In this document: positions 34,601-45,016 of the stretch, piece after piece | Layout of the letters: every line of letters starts with the position of its first letter | How positions within the stretch are numbered: position 1 is the stretch's first letter | From: Diplonema japonicum | Lineage: Eukaryota; Protista; Euglenozoa: Diplonemea | DNA: 64,000 nucleotides | NCBI GenBank assembly: GCA_964019335.1 | Contig: OZ025679.1 | Coordinates: 186,001-250,000 of the forward strand | Reading direction: 5' to 3' | The notes under the pieces: generated by a model | Database searches by the model: none | What the model was told of the DNA's origin: nothing | What the model saw: only the letters and a program-made list of their open reading frames with translations | Made by a program: the position numbers and the translations under genes

Positions 34601-37600
34601 GGCTCAGAGGGGGCAGCGGGCGGAACAAGGGGCACGCCTCGCACAGGCGGAGCGTGAGAAGGCATCCGCAGAGGCCTCTCTGCAACAGGCCACCACCGAG
34701 CTGCAGCTTGCAAGATCCGAGACGCAAAGGGCGCAGCGGGAGGCCGACCTTCGCGGAGGCGACGCCGAGAAGCTGTCGCTGGTCTCGGGAGAGCTCACGC
34801 GACGCGGGGAGGCGCTCTCCGCTTTGGAGGCGAAGCTCTCGGGAGCGCTGCGGGCGAAGGAGTCTGCGGAGGAGGAGCTGGCCACGGAGGCCGGCTTGAG
34901 GAAGACCGCCGAGGTATGCGACGACAAAGATAAAAAGATAAGTAGCCATTTATTGAATGAAAACAAGATAGCTTTATATTTTTCACGCGTGGTGCGAGGG
35001 TTTTTTAACGGGCATTTGGATCTTTTACACTTTCCCTCGCGAGAGGTGTAGTTTAGTGTAGTTCAGTGTAGTGTAGTAATCACGTTGTCGGAGTTAAAAA
35101 CCCGCCGCCACCACAAAAGTGAAGTAAAGCTCTTGTTTTCATTTGATATTTTGGTTTAGAAAAAGATGAAAATAAAAAAAAAAAAAAAAAAAAATAAAAA
35201 ATAAAAAATAAAACAGGCGAAGACAACGGATCTCGCTGCCCGTGCCGTGAAGGCGGAAGAGGAGCTCGCGTCGACGAGGGAGCACCTCGTTGCGGCAAGC
35301 CAGGAGACGGAGGCCGCCAAAGGGGAGACAGTGGCGGCACGCCAGTCCGCACGGGAGGCGGCTGCCGCTGCCGAGGCGGAGGCCTCTCGAAAGCTTGCAG
35401 AAGGGCAAGAGGCCGCGGGGGCGAAGCTGAAGCAACAGCAGGAGGCCCTGTTGGACGAGCTGGCGAGGCAGAGGGACGAGCTGGAGCGAAGCGCCCAAGA
35501 GCACCGCGAGAAGGAGAAGGAGAGGGAGGAGAGGGAGAAGGAGGCGGGCCAGCCAGAGAGGGACGAGCTGGGCGCAGAGGCAGAGACGCTGCGGGCGGAA
35601 CTGGCCGCAGCCTCCGCAGACCGCCAATGCCTGCAGGCGAGGATCACGGTCCTCACCGACGAGCTGGAGAGGGCATACACCGCCGAGGCGGAGAAGCAAG
35701 GCAAGGGCTTCGACGAGGCCGCAGCCCTAAAGGTGTGTGGAAAGGAAAAAGGAAAAAAAAAAAAAAAGAAACCAAAAAAAACAAAACACAGGTGGAGCTC
35801 AGCAAGGCGCGAACCGAGGCAGAAGCGGAAAGCAGGCGAATGCGGGGGGAGCTTCAGACAACACAGACCGACCTCGCGGCCGCGAACGCGGACCTGAAGG
35901 CGAGGGAGGTGGTGCACGCCGAGAAGCAGGCCGCGCTGGAGGCCGAACGACAGGCCTCGGAAGCTGTGCAGGGCGAGCTGGGATCGGCGCGAACGCAGCT
36001 TGCAGCTGCGACGGCTGTTGGGGAGCAGAGTCGGGCCGTTCTTGCGGAGAGGGACCGGGAGCTGGCGCAGGTGTCTTCGGAGCTCTCTGCAAACCGTGCG
36101 GAACTGGAGAAGCTGAGGGATGCCCTGGGGGAGGCAGGAAAAGCGACGAAGGCAGCGCAGGAAAAAGCGGCGGCCGCCACCGCAGCGGCGGAGCAGGCCA
36201 CGGCCGCAGCAACAACAGCACCAGCACCAGCACCAACAAGCCCGGCAAGCGAAAGGGTTGCAGAATTGGAGGCGCAGCTGGCTCGAAGCGCGGCACGCCT
36301 GCAGGACCTGGACGCCGAGCACAAGGCAAGGGACGCAGAAAGCAGAGGGAAGCTGGAGGACCTGCGGAAGCAGCTCGCGGAGAAAGAAGCGGACGGGCGT
36401 GCCGGGGCAGCCGCCCTGCAAGAGGCGCAACTCGCGCTCCGGACCTTGGAGGGGTCCTTGGAAGGTGCACGGGCGGAGGCAACAAACCAAAGGGACGTTT
36501 TTGCTGCAGCGAAGAAGGAGCTTGCGGAAGCGGGTGCGGGTCGCGAGGAGGCAGCCCGCGAACTCGCACGATTGCAGGCCGTGGTCGCCTCCCTGAGCGA
36601 GGCAGCCGAGGCAGCAAGCGCCGCGCGCGCAGAGGCGGAGGCCCGTACCGCTGACGAAACAGCCAGGACCGCAGCCCAACTGGAGGAGGCGAGGGCCGCG
36701 AGCCGGGAGGCACAAACAACCCTTGCCGCAGCGAGATCCGAGCTCACCGCGCAAGCAGCGGAGCTGGAGGCTCAGAGGGGGCAGCGGGCGGAACAAGGGG
36801 CACGCCTCGCACAGGCGGAGCGTGAGAAGGCATCCGCAGAGGCCTCTCTGCAACAGGCCACCACCGAGCTGCAGCTTGCAAGATCCGAGACGCAAAGGGC
36901 GCAGCGGGAGGCCGACCTTCGCGGAGGCGACGCCGAGAAGCTGTCGCTGGTCTCGGGAGAGCTCACGCGACGCGGGGAGGCGCTCTCCGCTTTGGAGGCG
37001 AAGCTCTCGGGAGCGCTGCGGGCGAAGGAGTCTGCGGAGGAGGAGCTGGCCACGGAGGCCGGCTTGAGGAAGACCGCCGAGGTATGCGACGACAAAGATA
37101 AAAAGATAAGTAGCCATTTATTGAATGAAAACAAGATAGCTTTATATTTTTCACGCGTGGTGCGAGGGTTTTTTAACGGGCATTTGGATCTTTTACACTT
37201 TCCCTCGCGAGAGGTGTAGTTTAGTGTAGTTCAGTGTAGTGTAGTAATCACGTTGTCGGAGTTAAAAACCCGCCGCCACCACAAAAGTGAAGTAAAGCTC
37301 TTGTTTTCATTTGATATTTTGGTTTAGAAAAAGATGAAAATAAAAAAAAAAAAAAAAAAAATAAAAAATAAAAAATAAAACAGGCGAAGACAACGGATCT
37401 CGCTGCCCGTGCCGTGAAGGCGGAAGAGGAGCTCGCGTCGACGAGGGAGCACCTCGTTGCGGCAAGCCAGGAGACGGAGGCCGCCAAAGGGGAGACAGTG
37501 GCGGCACGCCAGTCCGCACGGGAGGCGGCTGCCGCTGCCGAGGCGGAGGCCTCTCGAAAGCTTGCAGAAGGGCAAGAGGCCGCGGGGGCGAAGCTGAAGC

Positions 37601-40600
37601 AACAGCAGGAGGCCCTGTTGGACGAGCTGGCGAGGCAGAGGGACGAGCTGGAGCGAAGCGCCCAAGAGCACCGCGAGAAGGAGAAGGAGAGGGAGGAGAG
37701 GGAGAAGGAGGCGGGCCAGCCAGAGAGGGACGAGCTGGGCGCAGAGGCAGAGACGCTGCGGGCGGAACTGGCCGCAGCCTCCGCAGACCGCCAATGCCTG
37801 CAGGCGAGGATCACGGTCCTCACCGACGAGCTGGAGAGGGCATACACCGCCGAGGCGGAGAAGCAAGGCAAGGGCTTCGACGAGGCCGCAGCCCTAAAGG
37901 TGTGTGGAAAGGAAAAAGGAAAAAAAAAAAAAAAGAAACCAAAAAAAACAAAACACAGGTGGAGCTCAGCAAGGCGCGAACCGAGGCAGAAGCGGAAAGC
38001 AGGCGAATGCGGGGGGAGCTTCAGACAACACAGACCGACCTCGCGGCCGCGAACGCGGACCTGAAGGCGAGGGAGGTGGTGCACGCCGAGAAGCAGGCCG
38101 CGCTGGAGGCCGAACGACAGGCCTCGGAAGCTGTGCAGGGCGAGCTGGGATCGGCGCGAACGCAGCTTGCAGCTGCGACGGCTGTTGGGGAGCAGAGTCG
38201 GGCCGTTCTTGCGGAGAGGGACCGGGAGCTGGCGCAGGTGTCTTCGGAGCTCTCTGCAAACCGTGCGGAACTGGAGAAGCTGAGGGATGCCCTGGGGGAG
38301 GCAGGAAAAGCGACGAAGGCAGCGCAGGAAAAAGCGGCGGCCGCCACCGCAGCGGCGGAGCAGGCCACGGCCGCAGCAACAACAGCACCAGCACCAGCAC
38401 CAACAAGCCCGGCAAGCGAAAGGGTTGCAGAATTGGAGGCGCAGCTGGCTCGAAGCGCGGCACGCCTGCAGGACCTGGACGCCGAGCACAAGGCAAGGGA
38501 CGCAGAAAGCAGAGGGAAGCTGGAGGACCTGCGGAAGCAGCTCGCGGAGAAAGAAGCGGACGGGCGTGCCGGGGCAGCCGCCCTGCAAGAGGCGCAACTC
38601 GCGCTCCGGACCTTGGAGGGGTCCTTGGAAGGTGCACGGGCGGAGGCAACAAACCAAAGGGACGTTTTTGCTGCAGCGAAGAAGGAGCTTGCGGAAGCGG
38701 GTGCGGGTCGCGAGGAGGCAGCCCGCGAACTCGCACGATTGCAGGCCGTGGTCGCCTCCCTGAGCGAGGCAGCCGAGGCAGCAAGCGCCGCGCGCGCAGA
38801 GGCGGAGGCCCGTACCGCTGACGAAACAGCCAGGACCGCAGCCCAACTGGAGGAGGCGAGGGCCGCGAGCCGGGAGGCACAAACAACCCTTGCCGCAGCG
38901 AGATCCGAGCTCACCGCGCAAGCAGCGGAGCTGGAGGCTCAGAGGGGGCAGCGGGCGGAACAAGGGGCACGCCTCGCACAGGCGGAGCGTGAGAAGGCAT
39001 CCGCAGAGGCCTCTCTGCAACAGGCCACCACCGAGCTGCAGCTTGCAAGATCCGAGACGCAAAGGGCGCAGCGGGATGAACTCCTAAGCAGAACCTTGCA
39101 ACCCACCTTGGTTAGTGAAATGTCACCTTCGACGGATATTGACATGGCACTGAAAGAATTGGACGCCAGATGTGCTGGCAAAGAGGTTGAAATACAGGTT
39201 TTACAGGAAAACCTCGAGTCACTCAGAAGTGAGAATGATAATAACAAGGAAATAATAAGAAAATACGAAGAAATATCGGAAATGAAAGAGAATTACGATA
39301 AGTACGATGATGTACTGACGACGATAAAGAGGAAAGACGACGAGATGAGTGCAAAGGAAGCAGAGTGGAGGGAACAACTGAAGGCAAGAGACGAAGCACT
39401 AAAGATGCTAACGGAAGGGAGAATGAAGCGGAAAAAGAATGACATGAGCGACGTGTTCATAATGAAGAACGAGATAAGCGAAATGAAACGGGTGGAGAGC
39501 GAACGGGCGACGAAGCTGAAAAAAATGAAGGCCCGTCTGAAAATGTCCGAGGACTTACTAAAGGAATCTTATGACTGCCGACAAGAAGACCAGGAAACAA
39601 TCGAAAAACTAATGATGGAGCTCGATCAGACGAGAAGCTCCGGACAGCAACCACCAGAATCACCTAAAAAACGGGAAATTGTAGAGGACTTACTAACATT
39701 GGTAGAAGATGTGCTTGACGATGATGACATGGCGAAAAGCCTTACTCGAGAAGGGAGCATGGCGTTGTCGGTGAGAAGGTCGAAAATGGAAAACTACCGC
39801 GCAGAATGGCGAGAAGCCACGGAAGAGAAGGATGAAAACGACGCAAAAGGATTAATCGATAAAATCGAGTTGTTGGAAAAAGAGCTGCAAAAAAGCAAGA
39901 AGATCGTCGAAAGAGTGGAGACGAACCGCATGGAGATCGTGAGGGAGAATCTTTCGTTGAAAGGCGAGATTTTATCAGCAAGCCAACCAGCACGCGCGCC
40001 GCATGTGGAGGAGACAAAACAGCTACGCGACATCATCTCGAGCAAGAACGCGGAGATTAGGGATTTGAACGCAATGTGCTTGGGGTTAGAACGGCAGTTG
40101 TCACAAACAGGGGTCACGGCTACATCCACAATGGAGGTAGCAAGGATAAACAGCGAGTACCGAAAACAGATAGAAAAATCACGAATTGCACAAGGCGAGC
40201 TTCGTCACGAGCGTACCATTCTTGAGGAGCAAATTGTGCGTCTTGAATCAGTTCTAAAAACCTATATATCCTCAACCCCAGCAACAGATGACGGGGAGAC
40301 GGACATCAAACAAGCGTGGCTGCAGTCTGTGGAGGAGGGCGAACAGCTTCGGCGTGATCTATCTAAAGAACTCTCCTCACGTCTAGCGGTACAAGATGAA
40401 CTGTCTTCTGTCACCGCTGCCGTCCGGCAGCTTGAAGAAGAGCAGCAGCATGGTGTCATTGCTACTCTCTTTGCTCAGGCTCAAAAGAGCACATTTGAAA
40501 CGTGGTTGAAGACCAAGGAAGCGACGCAAATGATGGTTTCATGGGCCACGGGAGAGGAAGCTCCCCCCGACCCTTCGTTTGCTGCTTCGCTCTTGCTCTC

Positions 40601-40657
40601 AAGACGAATTGGTGAGGCCTCTCCTCCTATGATGCCTGATGAGAACGAGGAGATGTC

Positions 40658-40661
<4 letters not shown>
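25631..40661 (+). CDS. Giant coiled-coil protein (~4,527 aa as assembled); exons 25631-30577, 30881-31396, 31456-32745, 33049-33564, 33624-34913, 35217-35732, 35792-37081, 37384-37899, 37959-40661
   Basis: Eight phase-0 GT-AG introns (303/302 nt and 59 nt, alternating) join all Ala/Glu-rich heptad exons into one frame that ends at the unique C-terminus. Confidence 0.8.
29509..39076 (+). repeat. Tandem array, 2,168-bp unit, ~4.4 copies, each with two exons and two introns
   Basis: The ORF track repeats with exact 2168 offsets. The fourth long intron is one A shorter (offset 2167). Confidence 0.97.
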
Positions 40662-40692
<31 letters not shown>

Positions 40693-40977
40693 GACCTAGA
40701 AAAAAAAAAAAAAATGATATCCTCTCACGTCTTTTTTTTTTCTTCTTTTTTTCCCTTCCATTTTCTTTTCAATATAGATGTCATAGATTTTCTTTTTCTA
40801 ACAAAAAAAATAAGTTAAAATAACATAAAGGACACAAATTTTAATTTGTGTCTAAGAACGGCACGAAAATATATAGTATTCTTCCATTAGATTGCCTGGT
40901 ATTCTTCTTTTTTTTTTCCTTTTGGTTCTTGCCATGTTTTTCTTGTTTTTTTTCTTTTCTTTTTCTTTTTTTAGTGA

Positions 40978-41015
40978 GCCGTTGCTAACCACTTCGTTTC
41001 CTATCATAGTGAATT
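40978..41015 (+). repeat. ~38-bp dispersed repeat, intergenic copy
   Basis: GCCGTTGCTAACCACTTCGTTTCCTATCATAGTGAATT recurs at 49406-49442 with one T indel. Confidence 0.85.
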
Positions 41016-41251
41016 CCCCCCCCCCCCCCCCCCCTCCCCCTTTCTTGCTTCTTTTCCCCCCTGGGAACGAAGAAAGAAGGGGGGAAAAAAAGCAACCACC
41101 GACATTACATTTTTTTTTTTTATTTCCATAAACCCCATTTCTCTTGTTTCCTAAACATTTTTTTTACAACCCATCATCTCAGGAGCGGGGGGGAAGAGGG
41201 AGAAAAGGGTGGCGCGGGGGTAGGGGGGAAAAAAAAGAAAAAAGAAAAACC

Positions 41252-41464
41252 ATGTCAGATGTAGTCATGCAATGCGGAGCAGTGAAACGACCTCACGCAC
41301 CAATGGAAGATGATACAGACGGATCACCCAAACGACACAAGGGAGCTACATCACCAGTCCCCGATCAGGCAGCGATAGTTCAAAGCTCCACAGAACAACC
41401 AAACAACAAAACAAGCATGCAGCATTGGCCGCATTGCTTGTCTCAAAGTATATGGAGGCGATAA
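41252..41464 (+). CDS. Small hypothetical protein (70 aa)
   Basis: ATG after an A-rich leader; NLS-like KRP...PKRHK; complex sequence between homopolymer tracts. Confidence 0.45.
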   Translation: MSDVVMQCGAVKRPHAPMEDDTDGSPKRHKGATSPVPDQAAIVQSSTEQPNNKTSMQHWPHCLSQSIWRR

Positions 41465-41547
41465 TATATCCCCCCTCCCCATCTTTTTTTCTCCAAACCA
41501 AAAAAAAAAAAAACAGAAAAAAAAAAGAAAAAAAAAAAAACCATGAA

Positions 41548-43282
41548 ATGATAGGCCTGCGCGACATCAGAGTAATAGAGTCAAAAGAAGATGAGCCACC
41601 GCTGCAGGGAACCGGGGCGGCGGGGAGAATGAGAAAGCAACGCACGGGTAAAACCACGGGCGCTCACCTAATGCTCGGCCTGCTTTTTGCAGGGTGCGTG
41701 CTTCTTGTGGGATGGAACATGGTACAGCTGCACTCAAAACGAGACACCGCTTCGGCAAAAAGCAGCGCTAAAGAAAGAAAAACGCGGAAAATCGTGATTG
41801 AGGACGTTGAAGACGATGCAAGCAGTGACGCGAAGGAGAACAGCGACAGTGAGAGTGAACCAAAACACCACCACCACCACCGCCACCATCACCACCACCA
41901 CCACCACGAAGACACTGTTGAGAAGAAACCCCCTGCTGAGATCTTTGAAACCCTCGAGGAGCGTATAGAAAAAACAGTTCAAAAATCTTGTTCAAACTTT
42001 GCCGATTTGCCTCCTGAAGCTCCCCATGCGTGCTACGGGGCAGCAGACATCGAGGAAGGTTGGGACGACCTATTTGAAAAAACAGGCTGCGACATATTTA
42101 AAGTCCCATTTGACCCACAGTCCGACGAGAAGTGCTTGGAACTGATATCTGACCCTGAAAACTGGAAGGAGGTCAAGCCGATGAAACAGGAGTACGACGA
42201 GCGCACTGTTAAATTCAAGGCCACGTTCAAAGTCGATCCCAGATTAAAGGTCATTATAAAGGTCCCGCAGAAGCTTTTCCCGTACGAGGCCATGTCCGAG
42301 GTGGGCAGTTATGCTGCAGATCGTGTTATGAACCTTAACAGAGTACCCCCCACGGCGTGGGTCATGGTGCCTGTACAAACATTGGAAGCGTCGGCAAAGG
42401 AATATGGTGACAGTATAAAACTAATCCCGCGGTTTGCAGAGGATAGCAAGGTGACAACATTTTACGAGTGGGTGATGAAGGATTTTATAAACTACAACCG
42501 TAAAAAAGGTCTTGTTACTGACGATGAGCTTGTGGGGGTGTCCGTGCAGCTTTTCATAGCAGATGTGAGGCCGCTTCTGTCGTCCGACTTAGCGATTCCT
42601 TGGGTTGCGCACAATGATAGCTGGCAGGTGCATCTTTCACCTTCTCAGCCTTTCAAGGCGAAGTACTCTATTGGGTTTATACGGCAGTCGGAGCTGGCGA
42701 TGTATGACTATGTGCTTGGCAACGGCGACAGGTCACCCAACAAAAACAATTTTGTCGTTGGTGCTTGCCGGCACCACCACACCAAGTCAAAATGTGGGTC
42801 TGGACCAAAACACCCTGGGGCTCCATCTTTCGTAACGCTTGATAATGGTATAAAAAAAAAAAAAACTTTTTTTTTTTTTTTTAGAAAAAAATTAAAAAAA
42901 GGGTTGATGTTCATGTATGAATTGATACCGGGTCGCAGCCCCGACGGGCCCAACCCGCTTTTGAAGAGTAGTTTTTGTTTATTCGAAAAGAAGCTTTTGG
43001 CAAGGCTTAAAGAGGTTTGATTTTTAGTTGGGGGAAGAAAAAAAAGGAAAAATTAATCCATTCAGCTTCACGAAATGGGCTTCAGCGTCGAGCTGGAGAA
43101 GGTGCTGCCCAAGAAGCTCAAGAAATTTATCACAGCTAAGCTGCTGCACAGGTGCGATCACCGGTTGAGCAAGGTTTTTAACTTTTTAAGGGGAAACAAA
43201 AAAAAAAAAAAAATCACAGCTTCTCGAACAGCTCTCAAGCTGCATTGACAAGTACGGCGAAGATGCAGTTGTTGTGGCGTGA
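41548..43282 (+). CDS. Type II membrane secretory-pathway kinase-like protein, Fam20/four-jointed family; exons 41548-42847, 42902-43014, 43066-43173, 43220-43282
   Basis: TM anchor, then SEVGSYAADRVMNLNRVPPT, YDYVLGNGDR and LDNG. The spliced tail DHRLSKLLEQLSSCIDKYG is typical of the Fam20/FJX C-terminus. Confidence 0.8.
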
Positions 43283-43599
43283 TCCTTTTTTTTTTCCCTT
43301 TTTTTATTTCCACTTTCTTAATGCAAGCCTCCACCCCTCCCCCCCCCTTTTTTTTCTTAAGAATTACCTGTCCCCCAGAGTTTTTTTCTTGTTTGTTTGC
43401 TGTAAAACAATAAAATTACCGGAAGTAAAAACTTCCGATCCGCCGAGGTAATTTTTTTTTCCAGCTGCCCCCCTGAAGAAATTATCGGCAAAAAGAGCTT
43501 TAAAAGAAATGGCAAAAATAAGTATCTAACAGCTAGCATAAATACGTAAGAACTTGATTGATTTTTTTACTGCGGGAAACACGGGAAATGCGGAAGCAG

Positions 43600-43831
43600 G
43601 ATGGTCCGGGGTCCAAAAAAAAGTGCCCAAAAAACTTTTTTCCTCACAAAAAAAAGTAGTCAAAAACACCCAAAAATTGATTTTTTTTCCAAAAAAAACT
43701 TATTTTTCCCTCCAAAGTACCTATTCTAGGCCCTAATAGAGGCTAATAGTGAAAATGGGATGGTTGGGGGGTCAAAAAAAAAGTGCCCAAAGAATTTTTT
43801 TTTTCCACAAAAAAAAAGTGGTCAAAAACAC
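43600..43831. repeat. Imperfect ~70-bp direct repeat pair (period ~160 bp), A-tract rich
   Basis: GATGGT..GGGGTC.AAAAAAAAGTGCCCAAA...CACAAAAAAAAGT.GTCAAAAACACC at 43600-43669 and 43759-43831. Confidence 0.7.
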
Positions 43832-43980
43832 CTGAATAGTGGTTTTTTTTTTTTTTTTTTTTTTTTTACCTCAGAAAAAAAAAGTTTTTTTTTTTTCACA
43901 AAGGGTCCATCTACCAAGAGGACAAAGCAGAGTAATTTAAAAAAAAAAAAAAAAAAAAAAAGGCGGGCCCGAGGGGAAAA

Positions 43981-44583
43981 ATGGCGAGCATTGACAGCAG
44001 CAGCTGCTGTGGGAGCGAGGCGGATGACGGAAGGCACACGTTGGTGCTAGACATGGACGAGACCCTTTTGCATAGCTCGTTCGAGTGGAGTGCCGCTGAC
44101 TACGTCATGCCCATCACAGTGGACGGGGAGGGACACACTGTATACGTCCGCAAGCGGCCCCATGTCGAGTATTTCCTGAGGAAGGTTTCCGAGATGTTTA
44201 ACGTTATCGTTTGGACCGCAAGTGTAAAGGGCTACGCCGAGCCTGTTATCAGAAAACTGCTGCAAGATGCAAGGGTGGCGACCCCCATCAACGTCATGTA
44301 CAGGACGGAGTGCGATTTGGTGTCTGACATCTTCATCAAGGATCTCTCTCGGTTGGGCGTTCCTCTTGAGAAGGTTTTTATTGTCGACAACTCTCCTGCC
44401 GTTGCCCTCAGGCAGCCTAAGAATCTTATCCCCATCTCGTCTTGGTTCTCTGATGTAACTGATGCCGCGTTGCTGGACCTGCTTCCCTTCCTTGAGCGCA
44501 TCCAGTCGTCTTGTTCTATCTTCGATGTTCTTTCGAGGGCAACGGCCGTCCGATCGCTTCAGATAGATACTGGCGAATTGTAA
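43981..44583 (+). CDS. FCP1/SCP (CTDSP/NIF-like) HAD phosphatase
   Basis: TLVLDMDETLLHS, VRKRPHV, VWTAS..YA, IKDLSRLG, IVDNSP. Confidence 0.92.
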   Translation: MASIDSSSCCGSEADDGRHTLVLDMDETLLHSSFEWSAADYVMPITVDGEGHTVYVRKRPHVEYFLRKVSEMFNVIVWTASVKGYAEPVIRKLLQDARVATPINVMYRTECDLVSDIFIKDLSRLGVPLEKVFIVDNSPAVALRQPKNLIPISSWFSDVTDAALLDLLPFLERIQSSCSIFDVLSRATAVRSLQIDTGEL

Positions 44584-44983
44584 ATGTAATTTGTACCCTT
44601 TTTTTTTTTTTTTTTTTTTTTTTTCCCTTCCCCCATTCCCCCTGTACTTGTATCTATTTTTTTTTTTTTTTTTCCCCGAACATTCTTGTTTTCCATTTTT
44701 CCATTTTTTTCTTCTTCTTTGGTGCGCAGGAAAATAAAATGGAATTAAATGGAAATTGGAAGGAGCGGGGGGGGAGGGGGGGTCATATTCATCCCCCCCC
44801 CCCCCCCCCTGCCTTCTTTTTTTTCGTACGAATCTTTTATATTACTATTCGTCAGCGTTGATCGAAGTTACTATTTTTTTTTGTTTCTTTCTCTTTTTTT
44901 CATTTTATCATGGGAAGAAAAAAAAAGAAGGAAAAAAAAAAAAAAAAAAACAGGAGGGGCAGCTAAGAGGAGCTGACTAGAAG

Positions 44984-45014
<31 letters not shown>

Positions 45015-45016
45015 GA

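Noticed and set aside
31291-37219. Separate 530-aa and 216-aa 'genes' per repeat unit
   Set aside because: Their ends are read-through into introns (poly-K, post-donor stops). Splicing joins them into one frame.
30820-39062. Long minus-strand and alternative-frame ORFs (653, 604, 306, 305 aa) in the tandem array
   Set aside because: These are by-products of GC-rich Ala/Glu coding on the plus strand, and they run through intron homopolymers.
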